Shown here in pieces: positions 42,878-58,271 of a stretch of DNA of 64,000 nt. The first letter of the stretch is position 1, and each line of letters opens with the position of its first letter. The stretch lies in assembly GCA_951406725.2 (NCBI GenBank), contig OX597815.1:200942001-201006000 (forward strand). Reading direction: 5' to 3'. The notes under the pieces are model-generated. The model had not been told where the DNA came from. It saw only the letters and a program-made list of their open reading frames with translations, and searched no databases. The stretch is from Octopus vulgaris. Its lineage: Eukaryota. The position numbers and the translations under genes were made by a program.

Positions 42878-43829
42878 TATATACTTTTCAAGTCATGTTT
42901 AGATGATAATATATTCAGTTGGTCTACGTTCGTATTTACAATGATTATTGCGTAATAATTGTATTAAGAACATTGTTCTTATTCAAATACGTCAACGACA
43001 TTATAGGCTTGTTATGACAACACTTTGGTGTGAAAATATAGCAGTCGTTTAAGACAGGCGTCATAGGAATATGCGCTATATTTTGTTCTCGGCGAAGTGA
43101 ATTCCATGTTCCTAATCCATTGGCTGAATTCAAATATTGCAAAAGGATTGCAATAGCAATGGAAATAATATAAACTGATGAAATTTTCGTGTTTCCATTT
43201 AAGTATGTTTCAGAAAAAAATTGGCATTGTCTATTATTTCGTATCAATATGTTGATAATGCGTGACATGAAAAAAAATTGCGTCCGTAAGGACTAACATT
43301 CATCCATACATACATGCCTGAATACGGATACCTATATATAAATGTGGACCTATATATAAACGTGTAGGTGTATGATTATTAGTGTGGATATATTAATATA
43401 TGTGCATGCATCCATTTGTACTTATATAAGAGCACTCCCTTACATACATCCAGGCGCGGTAATAGATATACGCACATAGGGATATATTTACGGGCATACA
43501 TATATATAGGTGAACGATATCAATGGATGCCTTTCTATGTTGGTTTCTTTCATGTAGTTTTTGAGGATTATCGAGCTTTCATTATGCTATAAACACATTG
43601 TTTGTTGCATTTTATCGCTATTAATAGTCGTGTCGCACGCACGCACACACCAATATATACATTAGTGCGCGTACACAGACACACACACATATTATGAAAC
43701 ACAAACAGACGCACATACACAAACATATATATATATATATATATACATGTATATCTACACACACATGCATATATACATATAACTGCAAGTACATATATGT
43801 GTATGGGCATATATGTGTATATGTATATG

Positions 43830-43862
<33 letters not shown>

Positions 43863-44783
43863 ATGTATGTATATATATATATATATATATATTCACATAC
43901 ACAAACACACAACGTACATACGCAAGCATGAACATGACTGATCGCGATAAAATTCAACAAAAATGTTATAAATTGACACACACGCACATAACGTGTGCTA
44001 TGTGCGTAGCATTTTGGAATATGTGCTTATGCGTGAGCACATGTGTGTATGCAGTAAAGTGTGAGACTGCGCGTGCTTGTGTATATGTGTGTACATGTGT
44101 CTTGCGGAATACCTGTCTCCATTTTATGCGTTCATATTAAAATGGGGCCATTAAAGCCGATCATTGCCTTTCTCCACTGCATATTGCTCTCCTCCTATTT
44201 CTTCATTTATGAAATCATCGATTATTGCTCTCGTCATAACGTAAGGCATTCCCTTTGATCAAGCATCCATTCGCGGCCGGCTGCTTTATCGCAACTACTC
44301 GTTGCACTTGGAAACACTGTTAGGGAAACATAAAAGAAATATCACTTAATGAATGATTGTGGATCGCTAGAAATCGGTGTTTGGTAATGCTTTTGTAGTG
44401 AGAGAGCAAGAAAGAAAGTGAAGTGATTCTTAATGTGTTAGAGCTAAGGGAATAACAGTAACGGAATGTTGAATGGTATAAGAGCCATTGAGGAAGAGGA
44501 AATAAATTAAAGGAAACTTTCAAAGTGTGAGAGAAAGCAGAACGTAGAATGGTGTCTCTAGAAAAAGAGATATGACAGAAGCATGTAAGTGAATGTGTTG
44601 GGGAGCTGGTTGGTTGATTAGCGTGAGGGAACCATGGAGGACACAGTGGAATAGATACAGAGAGAGAGCTAAAGTGTCAAAGTGTAAATGTATATGCATG
44701 TGTGTGTGTGCGTCTGTGTGTGATAACGTGTATGTACATATATACATATATATATATATATTTGTATATGCATATTTATCTGT

Positions 44784-44836
<53 letters not shown>

Positions 44837-44932
44837 ATACATACATATGCAGTGAGAGATATGTGTCTTTGTTTCTGTGAATATTGAAGTGTGCATGCGC
44901 GTGTCTCTCTTTATTTATTTATATATCAATCA

Positions 44933-45082
<150 letters not shown>

Positions 45083-45314
45083 TGTAACAAATAAACTGAG
45101 AGAAGTAGTGTAAGAAAAGGCAACGTAGTAACAATGAGACCGAGGAAGATGACGATTTTGAAATAAATATCATAGTAACAAATCACAATCAGAGAGATGG
45201 AACGAGAAAGATTAAATGAAATGTATACGATAGAGACAAATACATTAGAAATGTTGTAAATAGATTACATCCAGAAAATATCTACCTACGTACACACGCA
45301 AACACGCACTCGGG

Positions 45315-45355
<41 letters not shown>

Positions 45356-45356
45356 T

Positions 45357-45584
45357 ACTCTTTTACTCTTTTACTTGTTTCAGTCATTTGACTGCGGCCA
45401 TGCTGGAGCACCGCCTTTTAGTCGAGCAAATCGACGCCGGGACTTATTCTTTGTAAGCCCAGTACTTATTCTATCGGTCTCTTTTTGCCGAACCGCTAAG
45501 TGACGGGGACGTAAACACACCAACATCGGTTGTCAAGCAATGATAGGGGGACAGACCCAGACACACAAACCCACACACAGACAC

Positions 45585-45585
<1 letters not shown>
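45357..45585 (-). mobile_element. Family-B SINE, 3' half only
   Basis: Matches the 3' half of 57043-57457, ending at the internal microsatellite. Confidence 0.8.
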
Positions 45586-45680
<95 letters not shown>

Positions 45681-45681
45681 T

Positions 45682-45760
<79 letters not shown>

Positions 45761-46281
45761 TAGATGAAGATGAAAAGTGAGATGAGTGACTGTTGTTCAT
45801 TGTAGCTTGCGATGGAGAAAAAATGAAAGATACCAGAATGAGGTCTTCGCAACACGAAGCGGCACGACGCTGCACATGGAAGGGAAATAGCACAAACGTA
45901 AAGAAATAAGGGAAGAGCATAAGTAGACCAGTATATCAGCGGGAAAAGGGACTGCTTAAATTTTCATATGTCTGTATGTAAATAGAACATGTTTAAACAC
46001 ATACACTCATACATACACATATACATATCTCTGTGTGCATATGTGTACATAACTGCATACACGCATGAGTGAATACAACCATACTGATACGCGCACACAC
46101 TTCTATATATATATGTGGTTATATATATATATATAAATATACCTATCTATTTATCTATCTACCTATATATATGAGTGTGTGTTTGTGAGAGCGTATGTGT
46201 ACATTAATATAAATGTACAGTTTTGTATTAAATATATTTAATATTCTTTGTATAACGACTTGCTTAACTTACTTATTTGTT

Positions 46282-46337
<56 letters not shown>

Positions 46338-47215
46338 CTCACACACACACATAGACACCTAAATATATACTGAAATATATATATATGTATACATATACAT
46401 ACATATAGATATATACATTCATAATACATACATATATCAGCGCGTGTGTATAGAGTGGGGGTGCAAACAATATGATGTTGTTTAATATAGACGAATCTAA
46501 GAAACCGATACAGAATAGAGATAAACGTGAAGAACAGAAAGATTTAGAATAATATCGTTAAATTAATGTTTCTTTCGGTAAAAAAAAGAAAGAGAAGAAA
46601 CGAACGACAGGTATATGATCTTATAAGGACATACACACGCACAGCACTTAGGATTGTGCGAAATGGCTATAGATAGATTAACATGATGAGAGGGAGATTA
46701 AATGAGTGAGAGATGGTTATGAGCTGATATATATATTGATATAACGATAAGAATGGTGAGAAACACGAAAAGAATGAGTTATATAAAAAAAAAAGAGTAA
46801 AGAATGAGAAAGCATTATGAATTGTTGGAATGGCGGGGAGAAAAGAATGGGAGAATCGAATCATGGCACAGGAATATATATGTTCATGAAAAAGAAAAAC
46901 GAAAGGAAAGCACGATTAGTGTGGGCAGCGTACATAGGAATAAACAGAAAGACACGGAGAAATATAGATGGTATTTGTGAGAATGAGAGGTATTACAGAG
47001 AAAGTGACAGAGCGGTTTAGAATAACCATAGGCAGAAAAGGGGGAAAATAAGAGAACAGAATGGGAGAATATAATATAAGCAGACAGAAAAATTAAGTGT
47101 AAAAAGAAATGCAGAAACTCATTCGCTCATCTAAATGTATATGCGAGTGTGGGTATTTTGAAGAACAATATACAGAATCCGGCTTATATGTATATGTATG
47201 TACGTATGTGTATAC

Positions 47216-47291
<76 letters not shown>

Positions 47292-47296
47292 ATATG

Positions 47297-47330
<34 letters not shown>

Positions 47331-47427
47331 TGTATGTATGTATGTGTTGACCAATTTTGGCTGCTATTTCTAATATTTTCGGTATGTGGTTTTGAGCAAC
47401 TTGTTGCATTTAACCCTTTATTATAAT

Positions 47428-47461
<34 letters not shown>

Positions 47462-47561
47462 TATACATAGATACACACACATATATATATATATATATAT
47501 ATGTGTGTGTACATAAGTATGAGTGTGTGTTATTAATATATAAATATGCATAGCTATATAA

Positions 47562-47609
<48 letters not shown>

Positions 47610-47710
47610 TAATAAATATATCCACAGAGAAAGAAAGGCGGAGATATTTAGATAGATAGAGATATACGTACATATATATGTATATATACATGCTCTTTCT
47701 CTCTCTCTCT

Positions 47711-47777
<67 letters not shown>

Positions 47778-48315
47778 TATCTCTCTCCCTCTCTCTCGCT
47801 CTCTCTCTCTCTATCCCACTCACACATATATAGACCTCTATTACGGAACATGAAGATATTTACTCGCATCTAAGTGTCGGAGTACTCAGTTACTTACGAT
47901 ATCTATGTACAGAATTATGTCACAGTACACAAGTACATGTATGTATATATATGCGTATGTGCATGTACGAGTTCCTGCGTGCGTGTCTGTGCATGTATGC
48001 GTGCATGTATTTTATTTACTCAAGTGTTTACATGCCCATACGCACATATACATATATTTTTGTATTCATTATATGTATTTATGAGTATGTGCATATGTGT
48101 GTGTTTATATATATATATATATATATATATACATAACTGTGTTTATATATATATATATATATTTATATCTATATACATGCCTACATACATACATGCATGC
48201 ATATATACATACTTGTATATATACATATACATGCATACATACATACATATATACATATATAAGTGCATACATATATACATGCATACATACATACATACAT
48301 ACCTACATACATACA

Positions 48316-48349
<34 letters not shown>

Positions 48350-49378
48350 CATACATACATACATACATACATACATACATACATGCATACATCCTCAGAG
48401 AAAGTAATCGATAGATAATGAAATACGAAATGATGTCAAAGTAACATGAACATATATGTAAGGTGTGACTTTGCGAATGCGATAGTGGACAGGATGAAAA
48501 TAAAACGGAAGGAGAAAAGAAAATGCTGAGACAGAAGGGAATTATGAAGGAAAGAAAGGATAGAAGAAAGGACGAAAGACTGAAACAAAGAATGAAAGAA
48601 ATATAGTAAGATAGAAAGAAAATGCGTAGTAGTGGCTAGGAGCTTCAGAAAACTTTCATGTGAAATATATCAAAATATCCACTTATTTGCTATGATATGA
48701 AATGGGAAAGATAAAAAGGCGTGAGTATTAGATTGGAATATTACATGTTATTGTACAAGAGCAAGTGAAATGAATAATAAAGAAAAAGAAGTATTGAAGA
48801 AAAACATATTGAAAAGGAAAGAAAATAAAGAAAGTTTCCGGATGTAATAGAGTGGAAAAAAGTGGGAAACAATGTAATGAAGGACAAACAGTAAGTGTGA
48901 CAAAGAAACATTTTGAAAGGAAGATACAATGAAACCTTCATTGATGATATTGTTTGGTCGAAATGAATGTAAAATTGGAAAATGTCTAATCGAGACTATG
49001 CAGAAGAAGAAGAACCATCGGCGAGATAAAAGATATATTATAAAACGAATAATATTTAGCAGAGGAAAACAAGTATAAATATTTGCGTAGATACAAAGAA
49101 AGACAAAGAATGAAAAAAAAAAAAACGGGGATACGGAGATTAAAGCGAAGCAGGAATTTTTTTTTTTTTCCATAATAAATGGGAGATATGTTGCTTTATA
49201 TAAAGGGAAGTAATTTTGAACGGTAGAGGAAAATATGGAAGGGAAAAATAAAATAAGGCGAATATTGAAGTACAAAAAGCCACATATTCATACACGAATA
49301 CATATATGCATATACATGCAGAGAACATATCACACACATACACACACATGCTTACATATATATATATATATACATATA

Positions 49379-49462
<84 letters not shown>

Positions 49463-49583
49463 CATATATATATACATATATACGTATAAATATATATGTG
49501 TGTATATATATATATACATATATACATTTATATATATATATACATATATATATACATATATATCTATTCATATATATATATAT

Positions 49584-49642
<59 letters not shown>

Positions 49643-49650
49643 TTATATAC

Positions 49651-49692
<42 letters not shown>

Positions 49693-50404
49693 GAACATAC
49701 AAATATTTGCGTTCCGTGTGTGTGTGTGTGTGTGTATGCATATATTTATCTTAAAAATATGTTTATGTCTGACTGAAGTTTGGCTATTATCGCGTAGAAA
49801 AAATGCAAAGTAAAGGACAGGAATGGATGATCAAAACAATAAGCACAATGCCTCACAGAAAAAGACAGTAATAAAATATAAAGGAAATTTTATTTTGAAA
49901 AAAATTAAGTGAAGGAAACAGTAATTTGGAAGAAGTGTTAAAATATATTGGCATTAAATAAGAAGAGCACATTAAAATATTCGCCTTTGAAAGAAAATTG
50001 AATATAGTTATTCATAATGGTAAATACGCATGTAAGCATAAACTATTATATTTGCATACACACTGCTTCCACTCATACAACCAACCATAGGTTTCTGGTA
50101 CGTGAAATAGTATTTGTGAACGTACCATAGAATCGAAGTTTCCGACCCAGTTTCGTTTCACGGTCATATGCATACTTATATGACGGCAGGTTCTCTGCGA
50201 GAAAGCGACAAGCTCTCAAGTAGCTATGAGAGATATTGTCCCTGCTCCATCGTCAGTGGAAGTTTCGCTAGAATGCTCAGTTACGGCGGATTGGTTCGTA
50301 GATTTGAGTATATTATCAAAGACAGGAAAGTAATGTAAACCAAGATGTTGTTTTAAAAGCGTATTAATATTACCCTTGAGGCTTATTTCTATTTTTCTAT
50401 TTTC

Positions 50405-50790
50405 TATTTTACTTGTTTCAGTCATTTGACTGCGGTCATGCTGGAGCACCGCCTTTAATCGAACAACTCGACCCAGGGACTTATTCTTTTGTAAGCCCAG
50501 TACTTATTCTATCGGTCTCTTTTGTCGAACCGCTAAGTAACGGGGACATAAACACACCAGCATCGGTTGTCAAACAATGCTAGGGGGACAAACACAGACA
50601 CACAAACACATATACATACATACATATATATATATATACGACAGGCTTCTTTCAGTTTCCGTCTACCAAATCCACTCACAAGGCTTTGGTCGGCCCGAGG
50701 CTATAGTAGAAGACACTTGTCCAAGATGCCACACAATGGGACTGAACCCGGAACCATGTGGTCGGTGAACAAGCTACTTACCACACAGCC
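50405..50790 (-). mobile_element. Family-B SINE
   Basis: Reverse complement of 57043-57457. Confidence 0.8.
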
Positions 50791-51259
50791 ATCCATTTTC
50801 CCTCCGAATTTTGTACATCCTGTGAATCTGAAGATCGTTTTTACGTAATTACAGCCTCAGCTGGATTATGCAAGCTTTCTTTTCCTCTCATGAGCGTCTT
50901 CCTCCTTGTTTGCGCAATATATTTGCTCCATCGTCATTTCTGTCATTTCACGCTGCAACCTACATCCACTATAAAATTTACCTGTTTTACTTAAAGGGCG
51001 TCTTAGAATATCTCCAACAGACTGTTTAAACTCTTAGCTTAATATCTTTTCTAAATGATGCCCAGGATGATGATCGGCTCTTTATGCAAATGAGACCAGC
51101 TGTGTTCAGACTCTGCTGGAAAACTCACTCTTTGTTTCTTCTAGAAATGATCACACATCCTTCATTTTATTTATCCTTGCTTTTCTATCAATAGCCAAGC
51201 TGTTCGAAATAAGTTAGAATGCGTAGTATCATAGATCTGCGTAGTATGCGTACTATATG

Positions 51260-51480
51260 CTTGTGTGTCTGTGTTTGTCCCTCTAGCATTGCTTGACAAC
51301 CGATGCTGGTGTGTTTATGTCCCCGTCACTTAGCGGTTCGGCAAAAAGAGACCGATAGAATAAGTACTGGGCTTACAAAAGAATAAGTCCCGGGGTTGAT
51401 TTGCTTGACTAAAGGTGGTGCTCCAGCATGGCCACAGTCAAATGACTGAAACAAGTAAAAGAGTAAAAGAGTAAACGAGT
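51260..51480 (+). mobile_element. Family-B SINE, 3' half only
   Basis: Starts at the TG-rich end of the internal microsatellite; AAAAGAGT tail repeats. Confidence 0.8.
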
Positions 51481-52196
51481 ATCATATACTTTCCGTTGAC
51501 TTGTTGCTCTTGAACTTCGACTTGCCAAAGAAATTAGAAACTTACTGGGAGTAAGATAAAACCTTGTTTGTCCATAAAAATAGACATCGTTTATAAGAAA
51601 GATTTAGCAATATCAACAGAGATAGTTTTGTGAAGTACAGGACTCACAGAATTTGCTTGTTCCCATGCGCTGACGTTGCTGAAAGAGAACTAGATTTTTC
51701 ATGGCATCAGTTGCTGAATTTACTAGCATAACTGATGCTCATGTTAGTAAATCATGGCTGGATTTGGTCATTCCTTTCTTTTTACGTAGATCGGTAGTGA
51801 CTCATGTTTTTGCCCGATGTAACTGCCAAGCATGTATTGTGACAACCGTATGAGATCATCATAGACACAAATGAAAATACCTCAGATAGGCTATGCACAT
51901 GAATATTATATAACATTTACATAAACTCGCAAAATTTATGTCTGGCAAATGATGTGTAACTTTTACTTTTCCGTATTTACGTAACTGAATTGTACGTAAC
52001 AATATTCATACGAAAAGCTGAGTAAGTCATTTGTATACGTTTAACCGCTGTTACTGTTTCTACACATCTTAATTATTCCTCTGATGTCTTGATGATTAGT
52101 GCTATTCTTTGAAGTGCCATTAATTACAATAAGACACACAGACATACACAAATATATCCTACATATACAAACACATATATTGATTCAAACATCCGC

Positions 52197-52261
<65 letters not shown>

Positions 52262-52369
52262 TAGATAGATAGATATATAGATAGATAGATAGATAGATAG
52301 ATAGACAGATAAATAGATATATAGAGAGAGAGACAGATAGATAGATATATACATATATATATATGCATA

Positions 52370-52426
<57 letters not shown>

Positions 52427-53234
52427 ATATATATATGTATATATATATATATGTGTGTGTGTATGTGTGTGTGTATATATAGATAGATAGATATACACAC
52501 ACATATATATATATAAACAAACATACACATAAGTGTGTGTGTGTATATATATATATATGTAAAAGTCAGCGAGCGCATACAAACGGAAGTGTGTTAATGA
52601 ACATCAACGCACATATGAAAGATATGACTTAAATATAATGGTGTTTAACTGAATGTTTATAAAATTGAAGCAAGTATTTGCTTACATCGAATGACAGTTA
52701 TAGTAAAGTTTCTGAAAACATCACGACATGCTTTTGTGGACAGCACATACTTGATAGAAGCTTTTGACCTGACGCAGAATGCCACGAGCAACATACATTG
52801 ATGTAATACATCATCCTACGCATGTTATTTACGCCTGGAAATGCGTGGAACAAAGATGGCAACGACTGAAAACGCTGTAAATGGAAGCAGGAATTGCTGC
52901 TAGCTTTTTACACTCTAATTCACGTAAACAGTACATGAAGATTATATAATAATTCAAGAACTAAAATCAATAAAAGCATAATATTAAAATGGCTGATATA
53001 AAGGATGTGAGCATGTTTTATAGTATCTCCGACAAAAATGATACATGATAAAGCAGGAGTGGGGGTGAGTGACAGTCACAGACGCTAGATGTAGGTGAAA
53101 TGTAGTAAGGAATTTTGCACTGTAGCAGCTGACATTTCAATCAGAATGAAACTTCAAATTATATTCATAAATTACACCCACGCACAGAAACACACACATG
53201 CGCACACAAACACGCACACACACGCAAGTACACG

Positions 53235-53293
<59 letters not shown>

Positions 53294-53752
53294 GTATGTA
53301 TATCTCTTTATAAATAGATATGCATAAGTATGTATATATACACACATATAATTGGACAATAAACGGTCTTCTTTTGGAAAATGTAGTTTATGTAGAATTT
53401 TGACAGTAAATATATACACATATATCACTTTTACGTTATAGAACAATTTACATATTAAGCACATTTTTGGAAATTGTTACGTATATATTAATTGCTCGTA
53501 GGGAGACTGTATTTTCTTTATGCAACCATACTATCCTGTGCTCAGTATATTAAATGTTTTAAATGGTTTTAATATGTAAATTGCTCCATCCAATAATGTT
53601 ACACAGCTAAACGTATCTGCCACTGGAAGCAATGTGTGCCTGGATGATTAGTGGGTTGGGTGAGCTACTGAGAAGGAGCATTAGCTCGCCAAATATGCAT
53701 ATACACCATTAAAAATGTTATCTTCAATTGCATTGTTTGCTTAGAAGTATTC

Positions 53753-54407
53753 GTTGTGTGGTAAGTAGGCGGCGAGCTGGCAGAAACGTTAGCACGCCGG
53801 GCGAAATGCTTAGCGGTATTTCGTCCGCGTTACGTTGTGAGTTCAAATTCCGCCGAGGTCGACTTTGCCTTTCATCCTTTGGGGTCGATAAATTAAGTAC
53901 TAGTTACGCACTGGGGTCGATGTAATCGACTTAATACCTATGTCTGTCCTTGTTTGTCCGCTCTGCGTTTAGCCCCTTGTGGGTATTAAAGAAATAGGTA
54001 AGTAGCTTGCTAACCAACCACATGGTTCCGCGTTCAGTCCCACTGCGTGGCATCTTGGGCAAGTGTCTTCTACTATAGCCCCGGGCCGACCAATGCCTTG
54101 TGAGTGGATTTGGTAGACGGAAACTGAAAGAAGCCTTTCGTATATATGTATATATATATATATATATATGTATATGTGTGTGTGTGTGGGGGGGGGTTAT
54201 GTGTCTGGGTTTGTCCCCCTAGCATTGATTGACAACTGATGCTGGTGTGTTTACGTTCCCGTCACTTAGCGGTTCGGCAAAAGAGACCGATAGAATAAGT
54301 ACTGGGCTTACAAAGTCCCGGGGTCGATTTGATCGAGTAAAGGCGGTGCTCCAGCATGGCCGCAGTCAAATGACTGAAACAAGTAAAAGAGTAAAGAGAG
54401 TAAAGAG
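53753..54407 (+). mobile_element. Family-B SINE carrying a nested family-A SINE (53769-53996)
   Basis: GGTAAGTAG duplicated at 53760-53768 and 53997-54005 around a complete family-A copy inside the family-B tRNA head. Confidence 0.85.
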
Positions 54408-54752
54408 TAGACAAAACGTCGTTCCTGACAGCCGTGGTTGTAAAATTCTATAGAATATCAAAAGAAATAACTGTGATTGCATCGCTTGCTCTGCTGACGC
54501 AAAAAGTAGGAGATAAATATGTGTATCTGTGTGTGTGTGTGTATGTGTGTGGTTGCATTTTTGTGTATCTATCTCTAATCTTACAAGGTAATAGTATTAC
54601 CCCCCGCGAGTGTCATAATATAATTTTTAATTTCATTTGGATTGAAATAATGTAACATTTTCTTGAAGATAATCTTTCTGTAGTCAACTGAAGTAACAGA
54701 CGTTTTATAACACGACGTCTACGACGTTACATTTTGTATGCGCGTATCTCTG

Positions 54753-54809
<57 letters not shown>

Positions 54810-54956
54810 TGTGTGTGTGGTTGTGTGACGTGGGGTTACAGTTCATTTGTACAGTCACACTCGGAAGGCATTAAGCACTGTAGTCAACTGGTGCTTAATT
54901 TGTTGACTCAGAAAGAATGAAATTACACTTGTGTATATTACACTTATATATATATA

Positions 54957-55298
54957 TAAGTCCCGACCCCGGGACTTATTCTTTGTAAGCCCAGTACTTA
55001 TTCTCTCGGTCTCTTTTTGCCGAACCGCTAAATGACGGGGACATAAACACATCAGCATCGGCTGTCAAGCAATGCTAGGGGGGACAAACACAGACACACA
55101 AACACACACACATACATAAATATATACATAAATACAACGGGCTTCTTTCAGTTTCCGTTTACTAAATCTACTCACAAGGCTTTGGTCGACCCGAGGCTAT
55201 AGTAGAAGACACTTGCCCAAGATGCCACGCAGTGCAACTCAATCCGGAACCATGTGGTTGGTAAGCAAGCTACTTACCACACAGCCACTCCTGCGCCT
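54957..55298 (-). mobile_element. Family-B SINE, 3'-truncated
   Basis: Reverse-complement match to 57043-57380. Confidence 0.8.
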
Positions 55299-55453
55299 AT
55301 ATATATATATATATAAGTGTAAATATTCTTTAAATATATACAAGCACTCATGCACACACAAACACAAACACACATACGCCCGACATCCTATAAATACAAA
55401 TATATATTTTTGATTGTCTTGCTTCATTCTAAATATTTAAATTTATATTTCAG

Positions 55454-55587
55454 ATGACGAAAATTCTCTATTGGTAATGAACCCACATCACAAACAATCC
55501 AAGGTGAACATCAACATTTGCACCAGTTTAAAAGATGACTCGGAAGATGCTAAAACATCACTTCTACGAACTCACGTGGCTTTGTAA
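55454..55587 (+). CDS. Possible terminal coding exon of an unidentified gene
   Basis: T-rich acceptor ATTTATATTTCAG, then an open frame (D)DENSLLVMNPHHKQSKVNINICTSLKDDSEDAKTSLLRTHVAL* in non-repetitive DNA; no homology recognised. Confidence 0.25.
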
Positions 55588-55886
55588 ACTTTTATTTCAA
55601 TCTCATGTTCTTTCTTTTAACGAGTTTCAGGGCCACATATTCAATATTCGTTAACAAAGCTTATTTCGCTGAGCTAATTCACTACTGGACAGTATACGTC
55701 TGTATCATAAATGCTAATAAATATTTCCTATTTATAAATAATTTTTTTACTAATACTCATAGAAAAGTAATATTTTCCCGTCGGTAATTTGTCATACTGA
55801 ATTAGTTTGAGATATCTCCTTTACAACGGCTATATTTATGGATTACTACACAATACATTATTACATACACACACATACACACATAC

Positions 55887-55935
<49 letters not shown>

Positions 55936-56415
55936 AAGCAATAGACGAAGTGTGTTCAAGTATTAATAGTATAAATGACATATACATATGTATGTAGGTG
56001 TGTGTGTATGCGTGTAGGGATAAATATATATTTTACATATATGGATATGCTTGTGGAAACGCGCACAAACGCGCACGCGTATTACACACACATATACCTG
56101 TCAAGGTATTTTACTTTTTAATCAATCAAACGCTCCTTTTGTTTTAGTTATGTCAATCACACACTTTTTCGGTATCTGTCTATACGAATGTTGACACATA
56201 CAACCTCCGACACACATATCCATTATGTATATATATACATATATACATATGCATATATATATATATCATTTATGTATATATATATGCATATGTATATATA
56301 TATGCATATATATCATTTATGTATATATATATACGTGTGTATGTATATTTATGTTTGTTTATATATATATATTTATATATATATATTTATATATATTTAT
56401 ATATGTATGTATGTT

Positions 56416-56494
<79 letters not shown>

Positions 56495-57042
56495 CTATAT
56501 ATATGCACGCCCTCAGATATATTTGTATGTATGTATTATTGTCAGCTTATAAAACATTTTATTCTCTAAAGATAATCCTCCATTCCGAACTGATATCAAC
56601 TTCGGGCTCTATAAATTTGCTTTCCACCAACAATCACATTACTATTGCTAATAGAGTACTCTAACCCATAGTCCATCTCCTATTAAATACATCGGTAATA
56701 CAGTTTCGTCGAATTAAGTTGGAATCTCCTCTAATCTTAGTGTTGTTTGTTCATTTTGCTGTAACTTACGTTAGCGAAATCGTTTACAATGAATATAATA
56801 GCAATACTATTATCAGTGATCTAAGTGAGAGATGAGAGAATATCTAAACAGCATTGAAAGCTTTGTCAAATATGTATTTTGCTGTGTAATAACAATGTAC
56901 CACATATACTGGCATTAATAATCCAAATAATAATAACTAGTAGTTCTCGTATAAATTCCACAGTTGTTTTGAAAATTGTATGATGAAATTGTATACTTTT
57001 CTGAAGCATTTGATTGTTTTGTAGATGTAAATCTCCACACAT

Positions 57043-57457
57043 AGGCGCAGGAGTGGCTGTGTGGTAAGTAGCTTGCTAAACAACCACATGGTTCCGGGTT
57101 CAGTCCCACTGCGTGGCACCTTGGGCAAGTGTCTTCTGCTATAGCCCCGAGCCGACCAAAGCCTTGTGAGTGGATTTGGTAGACGGAAACTGAAAGAAGC
57201 CCGTCGTATATATGTATGTATATATATATATATGTGTGTGTATATGTGTTTGTGTGTCTGGGTTTGTCCTCCTAGCATTGTTTGACAACCGATGCTGGTG
57301 TGTTTACGTCCCCGTTACTTAGCGGTTCGGCAAAAGCGACCGATAGAATAAGTACTGGGCTTACAAAGAATAAGTGCCGGGGTCGATTTGCTCGACTATA
57401 GGCGGTGCTCCAGCATGGCCGCAGTCAAATGACTGAAAAAAGTAAAAGAGTAAAGAG
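57043..57457 (+). mobile_element. Family-B tRNA-derived CORE-type SINE, full length
   Basis: GGCGCAGGAGTGGCTGTGTGGTAAG (A box), GGTTCAGTCCC (B box), CCTTGGGCAAGTGTCTT (CORE-like), internal (TA)n(TG)n, tail AAAAGAGTAAAGAG. Confidence 0.85.
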
Positions 57458-58172
57458 TATAGGTACTGAATAGGCAAACAATGAATGAATGAATCAATAA
57501 ATAAGTCAATTAATCATTCAATTTCTCTATCACTCCTTCTTTCTCTCCCTCTTTCACTCTTCTCTCAAGTTTCAGTTATGTCCCGAATTCTGCGCCTAAC
57601 ACATTTCTATCTCTTTCTCTCTATTTTTAATATATTTCATCAACTCCCTAACCAAACAGCTTAATAGTTAACACGCTTACCTCTCAGTGCTGACATAATT
57701 CTTTCTCTCTCTGTCTCTCTCACTCTCTCTCTCTCTCTCTCTCCCTTTCTATCTGTCTCTGTCTTCGCATCTCCCATGAACTAACCACGCGCAAGCATCT
57801 CATATTCGGTTTAGCGTAATAACTATTATATTAACATGTGTCGCTCCCTCCGTTTTCTCTTGCTCTTCGTCTCACCTTTCAACTAACCACAAGACGGCTT
57901 AATGCACTTGGACTTAACGCATAGGTATATAAATGATCTCTATTATAGATCCAAGACCTGAGACATTGGGAGAATGGGATGGTCGATTTCACTGATCCAT
58001 GTGTGCAAAGGTTACTTATTTTTAAACCCCGAAAGGTTGAAAGACACAATCAACATCAGCGGAATTCGAACTCAGACCGTAATGCCTGAAGAAATATCGC
58101 TATACTTTTTATCCGGAATCCTAACAATTCTGCCAGCTCACTACACTAATGCTAATAATGATTCTGGTGACG

Positions 58173-58244
<72 letters not shown>

Positions 58245-58270
58245 ATAATAATAATAATAATAATAGTAAT
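58173..58270. repeat. (AGT)n(AAT)n compound microsatellite abutting the tandem array
   Basis: Direct reading of sequence. Confidence 0.95.
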
Positions 58271-58271
58271 A

